From NCBI GenBank assembly GCA_965222115.1, contig CBDCTJ010000003.1, forward strand, positions 256,001-320,000: a stretch of DNA of 64,000 nt, given 5' to 3'. Each line of letters opens with the position of its first letter. Position 1 is the stretch's first letter. The notes under the pieces were generated by a model. The model was not told the DNA's origin, did no database searches, and worked only from the letters and a program-made list of their open reading frames with translations. A program made the position numbers and the translations under genes. The DNA comes from Planctomycetota bacterium. Its GTDB lineage: Bacteria; Planctomycetota; PLA2; JAEUHO01. Below are positions 20,072 through 29,875 of the stretch, piece after piece.

Positions 20072-21328
20072 TTAGTCGTCGAGGGAAGGGACGGGGGTGC
20101 GGTCCGTGAGATCGCGCTCCCACCAGTCGAGCCAGAGGCGCTTGTCGGGGGCGAGGCGGCGGTCCGAGAGCGTGGCGAGCCCGTCCATGATGACGTCCGC
20201 GCGTGACGATGTGCGCTCCAGTGCGTCGATGAGGGGGCGCCCGACCTTCTTGAGGGGCGCGCCCTGCATGCGTTCGCGCAGGAGCGCAATGCCGCCCAGG
20301 GCGGCGCGGTGAAGCGAGGGGTCGCCCTCTTCGAGCGCACGCGCAAGGATTTCCATAGCTTCTAGGCGACCGGAAGTGGGGACAAACTCACAAGCCACGA
20401 GCAGATGCGTAGGCGCCAAACTTCGAAGCGAGGCGCGCATGGACTCAAGCGGTTCTTCGGCGAGCGGCTCAAATCCCTCCGGCAATGCCACCACGCGACC
20501 CGACCGCACGCGCAAGTGTACCGTGCGGCGGCGTCCGCCTTTGTTTAGCAACGTCGGCCGCAACATACCGCCGAGACGCAACTCTCGTAGGCCGGATAGC
20601 GAACCGCCTGCGTCGCGTCGTGGAATGCGCACCCGGACCTCGTGAGTCCCGTTGGGCGCAATCTTGATGACTTCACCCGCTGCCTTGTACAGCGGAACAT
20701 TCACGGTCCAACGCCTGGCCATCTGCGTGGCATAGATATCGCGGTCGGTACGTTTGACATGGAGCGAAAGCGCCGTGGACGAATAGCCCTCGCGCGGATC
20801 ACGTGGGTTCTTCAGCATAATCGTCTCGTCACTCACGTTTCGGAGCCGCACGCGAAAGTCCACGGTCTCACCGAACGCCACATAGTCTTTGACGCCGCGT
20901 GCATCAACACGCAACAGACGCTCTTCGGCGCGACGGGTGGTAAGTTGAGCCTTGAGTTCGCGCATCTTGCCGGCCCACGGCTCATCGGGCATACGCGCAA
21001 GGCACACGTCGAGAATCTTGATGGCCTCGTCGTCATAGCCGCCTTGCGCATACCGCGCGGCAAGTTCAAACTTCTCCGCCCAACCAAAATCCTCTTCACC
21101 GACGGGTCGTTTCTCGCGAGTGGCGCCCTCTCGAACGCCCTTTCCGCGCGGGTTGGGAAAGATGATGGGATCGCGCGAAATCTCCTTCTCGTCGTCCTCG
21201 TCCTCTTCGTCGCCACCGAGCAGCGAAGTACTGCAACCGGCAAGCATGGGAACCCATGCGAGAGCGAACAGCGCAAAAAGTAGCGCGGGCGCGAATCGCC
21301 GTAGCAACGTCGCGCCCACCGTGTTCAT
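20072..21328 (-). CDS. Hypothetical lipoprotein
   Basis: Signal with LAGC lipobox; ATG lies 22 nt after the rpsA stop. Confidence 0.7.
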   Translation of the reverse strand: MNTVGATLLRRFAPALLFALFALAWVPMLAGCSTSLLGGDEEDEDDEKEISRDPIIFPNPRGKGVREGATREKRPVGEEDFGWAEKFELAARYAQGGYDDEAIKILDVCLARMPDEPWAGKMRELKAQLTTRRAEERLLRVDARGVKDYVAFGETVDFRVRLRNVSDETIMLKNPRDPREGYSSTALSLHVKRTDRDIYATQMARRWTVNVPLYKAAGEVIKIAPNGTHEVRVRIPRRDAGGSLSGLRELRLGGMLRPTLLNKGGRRRTVHLRVRSGRVVALPEGFEPLAEEPLESMRASLRSLAPTHLLVACEFVPTSGRLEAMEILARALEEGDPSLHRAALGGIALLRERMQGAPLKKVGRPLIDALERTSSRADVIMDGLATLSDRRLAPDKRLWLDWWERDLTDRTPVPSLDD

Positions 21329-21350
21329 GCCGAACTCGTTCGTCGTACCG

Positions 21351-23246
21351 CTATGCACCTTCTTCCGTAGATTCGCCGTCCTCGGGCTTCTCGTCTTCAG
21401 GCGTTTTGTCCGCGGGCGCCTCATCCGAAACTGCGGGCTCCGATGGCGCACCCTCTGCGGGTGTATCGTCTGCAGGTGTATCGTCTGCAGGTGCATCTGC
21501 GCTCTCGGTTGAAGAAGGGGCCTCGACATCGCTTGATGGTGTCTCGGCTGCGTCACCAGCCTGTGTTTCCGCACTCGCTTGCGGGGCGTCTTCGGTCGCT
21601 TCCGCAGCGGCAGGCGCACCGTCCTCATCCGCATTGCCACGAACCAAGGTGAGGGCAATCTTACGTTCGTCGGTATCGAGTCGAAGCACACGAACACGCA
21701 CCTTCATTCCACCCTGTAGATCGTCGTTGGGCGTGAGTTCGGATACGTGAATCAGGCCTTCCAAATCCTCGTCGAGTGCCACGAACATGCCAAAGTTGGT
21801 GACCTTCGTGACCGTCCCGTCGTGCTCGGTCTCGGGCGCGTACTTGCCCAAAATCTCATCCTGCCATGGGTCGAGCTGCAACTGCTTCATGCCGAGCGCA
21901 ATGCGCTTCTTATCGGGGTGCACCGAAAGTACAACGGCCTTTACCTTGTCTCCCTTGTCGATGACTTCTACAGGATTGGACACCTTCTTGGTCCACGACA
22001 TGTCGCTCACGTGGAGCAGGCCGTCGATGCCCTCTTCAAGCTCGATGAATGCACCGTAGCTAGTGAGGTTGCGCACTGTGCCTTCGACTTCGGTGCCGGG
22101 CGGGAAGCGCTGATCCACGTCGTCCCAGGGATTGCCGTCGGCTTGCTTCATGCCGAGCGAAATCTCCTGCTTGTCGCGGTTGATGTCGAGCACCACGACT
22201 TCAACTTCGTCGTTGACGCTCACCACTTCCTGCGGGTGATTGACGCGTTTGGACCAGCTCATTTCGCTGATGTGCACCAGGCCTTCAATGCCGTCTTCAA
22301 GTTTCACAAACGCGCCGTAGGGCATCACGTTGACGACGCGACCCTGCACACGGCTGCCCACCGGATACTTGAGTTCGACCGACTCCCAGGGCGAGGGGAA
22401 TTTTTGCTTGAGGCCCAGCGCAATGCGCTCGCGCTCAAGGTCAACGCGGAGGACCATGACTTCAATCTGGTCGTCGATCTTGAGCATGTCGCTGGGATGC
22501 TGGAGGCGGCTCCAGGACATATCGGTGATGTGCAACAAGCCGTCGATACCACCGAGGTCAACAAATGCACCGAAGTCGGCGATGTTCTTGACCACGCCCA
22601 CGCGAATCTGGCCGGGCTTGATTTCGGTGAGCAGTGACTTCTTGGCGTCTTCGCGCTGCTCTTCAATGAGCTTACGACGCGAAATGACGATATTCATACG
22701 CGGCTGGTCGATCTTGATAATGCGCGCTTCGATGTCTTTGCCGATGAAGTCGGAGATATCATTGGTGCGACGGATTGACACTTGACTGGCAGGCAAGAAC
22801 ACCGGCACGCCAATGTCCACCAACAGCCCGCCCTTGATCTTCTTCACGACGTGACCGCGCACATCGTCGCCTTCGCCGTATTCCTTGACGATGCGATCCC
22901 AACCCTTGATGCGGTCGGCTTTACGCTTACTGAGAACTACGCCGCCGCTGCCTTCGTCCACACTCTCAAGCAACACATCGACTTCGTCGTCAACATCCAC
23001 TTCATCGATGTTATTGAATTCTTTGGCCGAGATAATGCCCTCGGATTTATATCCAATGTCAATCACAACTTCATCGTTGCGGATGTCAACGATGCGACCG
23101 GTCACGACTTTGTTGGGAATGAAACCGTCAGATCCCTTGGTGTACTTCTCATCGAGATCGCCAGCCGTGCTGAGGATGGATGACACTTCGGCGTCGAGTT
23201 CAGCTTGAGTCTTGTCGTACTTACGAATCTTATCTTTTGCGCGCAT
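21351..23246 (-). CDS. rpsA: 30S ribosomal protein S1
   Basis: Six S1 domains (IDIGYKSEG, FGAFVDLGGIDGLLHITDMSW and others) plus an acidic low-complexity tail with an ADDTP duplication. Confidence 0.97.
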   Translation of the reverse strand: MRAKDKIRKYDKTQAELDAEVSSILSTAGDLDEKYTKGSDGFIPNKVVTGRIVDIRNDEVVIDIGYKSEGIISAKEFNNIDEVDVDDEVDVLLESVDEGSGGVVLSKRKADRIKGWDRIVKEYGEGDDVRGHVVKKIKGGLLVDIGVPVFLPASQVSIRRTNDISDFIGKDIEARIIKIDQPRMNIVISRRKLIEEQREDAKKSLLTEIKPGQIRVGVVKNIADFGAFVDLGGIDGLLHITDMSWSRLQHPSDMLKIDDQIEVMVLRVDLERERIALGLKQKFPSPWESVELKYPVGSRVQGRVVNVMPYGAFVKLEDGIEGLVHISEMSWSKRVNHPQEVVSVNDEVEVVVLDINRDKQEISLGMKQADGNPWDDVDQRFPPGTEVEGTVRNLTSYGAFIELEEGIDGLLHVSDMSWTKKVSNPVEVIDKGDKVKAVVLSVHPDKKRIALGMKQLQLDPWQDEILGKYAPETEHDGTVTKVTNFGMFVALDEDLEGLIHVSELTPNDDLQGGMKVRVRVLRLDTDERKIALTLVRGNADEDGAPAAAEATEDAPQASAETQAGDAAETPSSDVEAPSSTESADAPADDTPADDTPAEGAPSEPAVSDEAPADKTPEDEKPEDGESTEEGA

Positions 23247-23544
23247 AAAGGTTGGTTACGAGTTTTCATGAAATGCGGCCTGAGTGCATGTGCCGTACGG
23301 CTGCTTCACGGGCGCCGCCAAGTTTCTCGTCACCGTGACAAGAAATGATGCTTGGAGCGGACGGAGCACACTCGTGTCGCGCACGCAACGCCTGGTCCCA
23401 TGTCCTTTTCGAACTCGATCGCCTCCGTGGAACTCAACAAGTCCTACAAACCTCGATCGAATCTGCCTCGAGCGGCAAAGACAGGCACCAACGGATTCGC
23501 TGGTGTCCAAACAGGGTCCCGGCGACGTAGCGCGACAGCCTGGG

Positions 23545-24279
23545 TCAAGCGAGGGATCGTACCCGCGCCAGCACAGCCTCGGAAACCTCTTGCAGAGTCA
23601 TATGGGTGGTGTCGAGGCGCCAGGCGTCGACGGCAGCGCGCAGGGGTGCCACGGCGCGGCCCCGATCCAAAGCATCGCGGCGCTCGATTTGCTCCTGTAT
23701 GCGGCGCACATCGGCATCGTCCTCACCCCGCTGTTTGGTGCGGCGTTTGGCTCGTTCAGCGGGATCGGCATCGAGGTAAATCTTGACCCGCGCGGCAGGA
23801 AATATGACCGTCCCCATGTCTCGGCCCTCCGCCACGATGCGTCCGTTCTCTCGCGCGAAACGGCGCTGATTCTCCACCATGGCGCTGCGCACATCGGCAA
23901 TCGCGGCAACGATGGAAACCGCCTTGTCTATCGCTCCCGTTCGCAGCTGCGGGGTCACGTCTCTGCCATCCACTTTGACCGTCCCCGAGGGCAATAAGTC
24001 GATGCGGACGGCTCGTGCCATGGCCGTCACCGCAGCAGCGTCGTGAACGTCGATCTTGCGGCGAAAGCACTCGAACGTGAGCGCGCGATAGAGCGCGCCG
24101 CTGTCGAGATAGGCCCACTTGAGTTGTTTCGCCAGACCACGTGCGACGGTACTTTTGCCGGCACCTGCCGGACCGTCAATCACGACCACGATGGGCGGCG
24201 AAGGCTCCTGGGTTGACGACACGTTGTCCACATTCTCAGTCGACGCCGGTCTGGACGTTTCACCGTCATCTCCGGTCAT
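23545..24279 (-). CDS. cmk: Cytidylate kinase
   Basis: IDGPAGAGKST, YLDSGALYR, EGRDMGTVIFP; lies upstream of rpsA. Confidence 0.95.
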   Translation of the reverse strand: MTGDDGETSRPASTENVDNVSSTQEPSPPIVVVIDGPAGAGKSTVARGLAKQLKWAYLDSGALYRALTFECFRRKIDVHDAAAVTAMARAVRIDLLPSGTVKVDGRDVTPQLRTGAIDKAVSIVAAIADVRSAMVENQRRFARENGRIVAEGRDMGTVIFPAARVKIYLDADPAERAKRRTKQRGEDDADVRRIQEQIERRDALDRGRAVAPLRAAVDAWRLDTTHMTLQEVSEAVLARVRSLA

Positions 24280-24281
24280 CG

Positions 24282-24995
24282 CTACGCCTTGACGCCACGC
24301 ACAATGTAGGCCGCGCGATGGTGAATCGACTCCACGGTCACATCGTTGTAGCCGTGGCGCTTCATCGACTCGCGATAACGACGCTGCCATTTGGACTTGG
24401 CGATGAGGTCGGCCAGATTCTCGTCAAAGACAACCTTCCATTGCGGGAATACCAACGGACCAAACACCTTGAGCATCCACATATGCGACTTCCAGACAAT
24501 GCGCGCAAAGCCGCGTGGATAGCCGAAGTCTTGAAGGGAAACCACCGTGCCCGGCTTCACATGCGGCGCGAGGCGCGTCATGAGGATGTCAGGATCCACG
24601 TACTTCGGAATGTAACTCGACACGACCACGTCAAAGGTGCCATCCAACTCCATGGTTTCGGCGTTTGAGTGAATCAATGTGAGATCGAGGGGATTGCCTT
24701 CGAACTTCTTCTTCGCTTCGTCGAGATACTCTTGGGTGAAATCCACGCCCACGAGCGCCGCGTTGGGAAAGCGCTTGTGGAGGCGATCCAAGACGATGCC
24801 GGTGCCGCACGCCAAGTCGAGCACACGATCCGCCTCGGTCGGAATCGACTTCATCAGCCGATCCTTCCAGCGACGGTCGAGACCGAAGGTCGTGACGGCG
24901 ACGCAGCGGTCATAGGACGTGCCCGTGCCCTTGAAGAACTTGCGGACGATTTCTTCGCGCTCGCCGCGCTCGGAGGGTGCAAATGTTTCGGTCAT
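24282..24995 (-). CDS. Class I SAM-dependent methyltransferase (UbiE/MenG-like)
   Basis: VLDLACGTG motif I; FF...SYD...FGLDRRWK N-terminus. Confidence 0.85.
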   Translation of the reverse strand: MTETFAPSERGEREEIVRKFFKGTGTSYDRCVAVTTFGLDRRWKDRLMKSIPTEADRVLDLACGTGIVLDRLHKRFPNAALVGVDFTQEYLDEAKKKFEGNPLDLTLIHSNAETMELDGTFDVVVSSYIPKYVDPDILMTRLAPHVKPGTVVSLQDFGYPRGFARIVWKSHMWMLKVFGPLVFPQWKVVFDENLADLIAKSKWQRRYRESMKRHGYNDVTVESIHHRAAYIVRGVKA

Positions 24996-25044
24996 CCCGT
25001 GAACTTACCCCCTCGGCGGGGCAGACGGGCAGAGGAACCGTGGC

Positions 25045-25977
25045 TTAATCGCGCGAGCGTGTGATCAGGCGTTTGCCAGCCCGCAATGCGCGCATTGTGG
25101 CGAACTTCATCGCATCGCGAGTCTTGCTGACGCCGTAGCGCGTGGGGTTCATGCCGCGCTTGCGAAGCTTGGCATTGAACTGGTGGATGGAGACCTTGCG
25201 GTGACTAAACGTGCTGCGCCACGTGGTGCTCAGCGAGATGGACACGGCGTCGCTATTCTGTACCCAGTGAGGTGCCTCAAGCGGGAAAAAGAGCCCCTCG
25301 CCCGCTTGGATCGTGAACGCCTCATAGGCGTCATCAAGCTTGGGCATTTGAAAGTCGCGGTAGTTCTTGGTGGTGTAGAAGAACTCAAGTTGCTCATCGC
25401 TCAGATTTTCTTGCTTCGCCGGGTCCCAAAGCCGAAGCGTTTTGGCACCTTGAATCTGATGCAGGATGTTGTGTTCGGGATCCATATGGAGCGGTGTGAC
25501 CGATCCGGGGCTAGTCACAAAGATATAGCATTCCCGCTGATGCATCCCGGGACACGTCTCACGTTCAGCGTGCTCGACTTCGTCCAAACACGTGTCAAGG
25601 AGTTCCTTGTACGCAGGGTCACTCTGCACGTTCTTTAGTACGATCCACGACTTGCAATCAGCAATGCGTTCGATGGTCTGCTGTGGCGTCAAACCATTGT
25701 GCTCAACGAGTCGCCGATCAATGTGCTCGGGCAAATCGCCCAAGTTCCATTGGACTTGGTCCTCCTTGAGGCGCGTGGACAGCGCGAGGATGGAGTCGAT
25801 CGTCAGTAGCGGATGACCGACGAGGTTGTGCTTCACCTTCCGCGGGCGAAACGGGTGGGGAGGCGTATTGCAAAACGACAGGTCTTCGTACACCCGTGCC
25901 GTGTGTGGCGATTGGCCAATGGCGCCCTCGTCGGCAAAAGGGGATCGCGATTCAGTATTCGTTGCAACAGAAGTCAT
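25045..25977 (-). CDS. JmjC/cupin-like Fe(II)/2-oxoglutarate oxygenase
   Basis: TPLHMDPEHN...QIQGAK...PHWVQN...SISLS (HxD...H triad). Confidence 0.85.
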   Translation of the reverse strand: MTSVATNTESRSPFADEGAIGQSPHTARVYEDLSFCNTPPHPFRPRKVKHNLVGHPLLTIDSILALSTRLKEDQVQWNLGDLPEHIDRRLVEHNGLTPQQTIERIADCKSWIVLKNVQSDPAYKELLDTCLDEVEHAERETCPGMHQRECYIFVTSPGSVTPLHMDPEHNILHQIQGAKTLRLWDPAKQENLSDEQLEFFYTTKNYRDFQMPKLDDAYEAFTIQAGEGLFFPLEAPHWVQNSDAVSISLSTTWRSTFSHRKVSIHQFNAKLRKRGMNPTRYGVSKTRDAMKFATMRALRAGKRLITRSRD

Positions 25978-26315
25978 TGTGCTGGATCGTTTCTCGGAAC
26001 GTACAATTGCGTAGGCGATCTTATCTTATCGTCGGTTGGGATCGTGTGGCCGAGCAACTTAGTCCGTAAATTGCATCGATTCATGGACAAGTGTTCAACG
26101 AAGCGGTAGCTTTGAGAATCCTGCGCCTTGATCCGGCCAGAAACTACTTGTTAGCGCGCTGTGGGGCAGAATCGGCGTCCAAGTCCGAGGCGGATTGGTT
26201 CCGGGCCGGGTGAATTCGATAGCAATGCGATAGTCGGTCACGGCGTCAGTCGAAAGGGTCTTGTTCTACCGCGTGCGCCAAATGTGCGGCGACGCTCGGT
26301 CGGCAAGTACACAAC

Positions 26316-27533
26316 GTGGAGTTTCAGCGCAATCCAGTGACTCAGCACGCGTTCACAGCCGAGGGGTCCGTCGATGCAGTGAAGCAGGCGACTGGCGTTT
26401 CGCCGGCAACCTACGAATGCGTCGCCGTCAATTCCATGGAGGCGTTGCGACCCCACGCAAACGCGTGGACCGCACTGGCAACGTCGTCGGGCCCGGAACT
26501 CCCCGTCTTCGGCTATGAGTGGGTGCACACCTTTTTGGCTCATCGCCTTTCGCCACGAGAGCGCTGGCGTTGTGTGTTTGCCTATAAGGACAACGCATTG
26601 ATGGGTGTCTTGCCACTGATCGTTGTGCCTCATTCCTTGCTCGGAATGGCTGCCCCTACGCTGCGTACTGCCACCGATCTGCACACGCTCATGGGTGGAC
26701 CGATTTTGGCCATGGGACGGGACGGCAATGCCATTGCACGTGAGTTGGTCGGCGAACACTTGCGGTGCGAACCTCGCGCCGTACGCATTACCTTCGAGCG
26801 CCTAATCAAGGAAGCTGCCTACGCGCGCACGATTGACGAACTCTCGCTGAAGCACACCGGTGTAAGTCGCCCGAGCGGCGTTGAAGGTTGCTACTTGGAC
26901 ACGCGCGACGACTTTGATGCGCACGTAAAAACGCTTGGAAGCAAAACGCGTTCGCGACTGCGCGCTGCAGAACGAAGGCTCGAGCGCATGGGCAACGTGA
27001 CGCATCGCATTGTTCGCGATCCCGCTGGGCTCGATCCGGCTATGAAGTCGTTCTTGGCACTGGAAGCTTCGGGCTGGAAGGGCCGGGAAGGCACAGCGAT
27101 TCAATCGAGCGAACGAAATGTAGCGTTTTATAACGCCCTTCGCGAAGCACTGGCCCCCACAGACACCATGCAGATACATGTCTTGGAACTCAATGGACGC
27201 CCCATCTCTGGCGAACTTGCCTTTCGTTTCGGTCGCAAGCTCACAATTCACAAGTTGGCGTATGACGAAGCACTCAACAAGTGTTCTCCCGGCCACCTGT
27301 TGTGGAAGCGAACCATGCAGATGGCATTCGAACACGCCGACATCGACACGGTAGACACGCTGACCGTGGATGCGATTCGCATGCGCTGGAAGATGACGCC
27401 CTATCAGTACTACGACCGCGATCTCTTTCCACCTACCGTGCGATCCACGCTCATCTCACGCTGGCCCAGCGCGCTCCGCCAACGAGCGAAAGCCATACGC
27501 GATGCGTTTCGTTCTAGCCCGGATTATTCATGA
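26316..27533 (+). CDS. GNAT family protein, CelD/BcsL type
   Basis: LEASGWKG..GTAI, KLAYDE....SPG.LL motifs; the last codons (SPDYS*) come from the repeat element. Confidence 0.85.
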   Translation: MEFQRNPVTQHAFTAEGSVDAVKQATGVSPATYECVAVNSMEALRPHANAWTALATSSGPELPVFGYEWVHTFLAHRLSPRERWRCVFAYKDNALMGVLPLIVVPHSLLGMAAPTLRTATDLHTLMGGPILAMGRDGNAIARELVGEHLRCEPRAVRITFERLIKEAAYARTIDELSLKHTGVSRPSGVEGCYLDTRDDFDAHVKTLGSKTRSRLRAAERRLERMGNVTHRIVRDPAGLDPAMKSFLALEASGWKGREGTAIQSSERNVAFYNALREALAPTDTMQIHVLELNGRPISGELAFRFGRKLTIHKLAYDEALNKCSPGHLLWKRTMQMAFEHADIDTVDTLTVDAIRMRWKMTPYQYYDRDLFPPTVRSTLISRWPSALRQRAKAIRDAFRSSPDYS

Positions 27534-27573
27534 AGCGCGCGATTCACTTCTATTCATGGAGTGTCCGGGCTTG
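27514..27573. mobile_element. 60-bp internally deleted copy of the MITE-like element
   Basis: CTAGCCCGGATTATTCATGAAGCGCGCG ... TTCATGGAGTGTCCGGGCTTG. Confidence 0.72.
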
Positions 27574-27616
27574 TTCCCAGGGGGACGAAGGCTCGGTCAA
27601 GTGATATGAAAGCGAC

Positions 27617-28591
27617 ATGACGTCGCCCCTCCGCGTATGGATGCCCCACACAAGCGGCCAACCGTTTGAACAGCTCGTGCGCGAGGCGTTGCCAGATACG
27701 ATCGCAATCGCGTTCGGTATCGAGCGTCCGGATCCCGCGGCGTATGACGTCTTGGTGCATGGCGTGCCGGACGCCGATGATCTCCGTGCGAGCGAGGCGC
27801 TGCATACCGTCGTGATTCCATGGGCCGGCGTAGCCACGAAGGCGCGCGAAACGCTACTCGCGTTCCCCCATCTCACAGTGTGCAATCTCCACCACAACGC
27901 CGCCTCGACTGCGGAAACAGCCGTCGGCCTCCTCTTGGCCGCGGCACGAAGACTCGTGCCTGCCGATCGCGCGCTGCGACGCGGCGACTGGTCGCTTCGC
28001 TTTGAGCACGATGCTTCACTGCGTCTCTCGGGCCGCACCGCAGTTGTACTTGGCATGGGTGCCATTGGTTCACGGGTTGCACGCACGCTACAAGCCATGG
28101 ACATGCAGGTCACAGGAGTTGCCCGACGGGCGCGGCCAGGCGATGTATTGCATGTTGGTGTAGAGGACCTTGATCGCGTTCTGAAAAATGCCCACGTGCT
28201 GGTTGTTGCGGTGGCCGCCACGCCTGAAACGAAGGGCATAGTCGATGCCAAGCGTTTGTCACTGCTGGCACCCGGCGCTATCGTCGTAAATGTGTCGCGA
28301 GGATTCGTCGTTGAGGAAGAGGCGCTATTCGAAGCGTTGCAATCGGGGGATCTTGGGGGAGCGGGACTCGATGTGTGGTACCGCTATCCGAGAACGGAAG
28401 TCGAGCGAACGAACACGTTGCCGTCAAAATTTTCGTTTCACGAACTTGGCTCGGTTGTCCTAAGCCCCCACCGTGCGGGTCACGACGGCGATACCGATCG
28501 CTGCCGCGCCGAGGCACTGGTGGAAACCCTCATGGACATCGCAAGCGGGAATGGAGCGCGAAATGTAGTGGATGTGGGACGGGGGTATTGA
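27617..28591 (+). CDS. D-2-hydroxyacid dehydrogenase family
   Basis: GMGAIG Rossmann motif, VNVSRG, GAGLDVW, SPHRAG. Confidence 0.9.
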   Translation: MTSPLRVWMPHTSGQPFEQLVREALPDTIAIAFGIERPDPAAYDVLVHGVPDADDLRASEALHTVVIPWAGVATKARETLLAFPHLTVCNLHHNAASTAETAVGLLLAAARRLVPADRALRRGDWSLRFEHDASLRLSGRTAVVLGMGAIGSRVARTLQAMDMQVTGVARRARPGDVLHVGVEDLDRVLKNAHVLVVAVAATPETKGIVDAKRLSLLAPGAIVVNVSRGFVVEEEALFEALQSGDLGGAGLDVWYRYPRTEVERTNTLPSKFSFHELGSVVLSPHRAGHDGDTDRCRAEALVETLMDIASGNGARNVVDVGRGY

Positions 28592-28647
28592 GCGCCAGAC
28601 GCCGAGCGCGTACGCAAGAACGAACGGCGCTTCGAACATACGCCGGG

Positions 28648-29712
28648 CTAGATGTCTTCGATTGCGCCTCTCGTTTCAAACATCCAGGTGAGGCCAGCAC
28701 AAAGCAACATGAGCAACCCAACGGGAGCGGCGAATCCGCGTCCGACTGTCCACGTGTCCATGGCCATCGAATAAAACATGTTGACGAAAACGCCTACGCT
28801 CGTGCTCGGAAATTTTGGCGATGCGAGTTGCCAGATGGTCAAGGCTACGTATGCCGGCACAGCGATAAACGCGAACAACTGCACGAACCGACAGAGAATC
28901 TCCCCCACCCGCCCACGAAGCGCAAGGAGTAGTACACCAAAGACACCAAACACGAAAAAGACGAGCAATCGTGTGTTCGCCTTCCATGTCTCGCTCCAAG
29001 CGTCTACGCTAAATAGATGATCGGTGAGCACATGGCCATAGTTCAATCGCGCGGCGACCTTGGCCGGTTGAAAATAGCCGCCAAGCACAAAACACAGGAG
29101 CAGCGCCGCGCCACACGTTCCGGCGACGCCGCGCTCCAATACGCTTGAGCCCACGCGGCGCGTTGCGGCATACGCAGCCACAATCGCCGCGCACATCATG
29201 GCCATGAGTGTGTAAGAATTCAACACACGCGCACCCTGCGGCAGCGACCCGCCGCCCATGTTTTCAGTCATGCTCAGAATCGCGTTGTTGCTTGGCAAGG
29301 ACACGACCAAGTAGCTCGCCAACTCGATTGCCAATGCAGCGCCAGCACCCATCGTCAATCCGACGACCCACCTCGTACCCGGGCGTCGAACGACGCCACC
29401 ACATGCCACGAGCCCAAGAATGGTCAACAAGCCGGTTCCCAAAATCGTCGGCAAACCCAATTGGCCCCAGTCGTCTACGATCTCCCAGACCCAATTGAGC
29501 TCGTGGCGCAACGTAGGAATAAGCTCGCCAATGGCATTTCCGTCGCCTGTGATGCTGCTCTTGCCAAGCCCATTGCTTTGGCCAATTTCCCCAATGCTTT
29601 CGCCAATTTTATAGTGCGACGTGGGTACAACGAGTGCCGCTGCCACGATGAGCATCCCTCCGAGAAACGTCCAAACTCGATAAGGACGATGCGCTGTGCT
29701 CAAGCTGCTCAT
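28648..29712 (-). CDS. Hypothetical multi-pass membrane protein
   Basis: 354-aa ORF with about 8 hydrophobic segments filling the gap between neighbours. Confidence 0.65.
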   Translation of the reverse strand: MSSLSTAHRPYRVWTFLGGMLIVAAALVVPTSHYKIGESIGEIGQSNGLGKSSITGDGNAIGELIPTLRHELNWVWEIVDDWGQLGLPTILGTGLLTILGLVACGGVVRRPGTRWVVGLTMGAGAALAIELASYLVVSLPSNNAILSMTENMGGGSLPQGARVLNSYTLMAMMCAAIVAAYAATRRVGSSVLERGVAGTCGAALLLCFVLGGYFQPAKVAARLNYGHVLTDHLFSVDAWSETWKANTRLLVFFVFGVFGVLLLALRGRVGEILCRFVQLFAFIAVPAYVALTIWQLASPKFPSTSVGVFVNMFYSMAMDTWTVGRGFAAPVGLLMLLCAGLTWMFETRGAIEDI

Positions 29713-29875
29713 GACCTCAAACGCTCACACTTCGCGGGAGGATTCGGGCGTAGAGTATACGTATCGTGTGTTCACAACGCCATTCGGCGCCGTAGTCCTA
29801 CTACAAAGGACGCCTTGATCACGACGCGCAATCGCAGTATCCGACACTGAGCGACGGCCCCAATGAGACCGCGAA

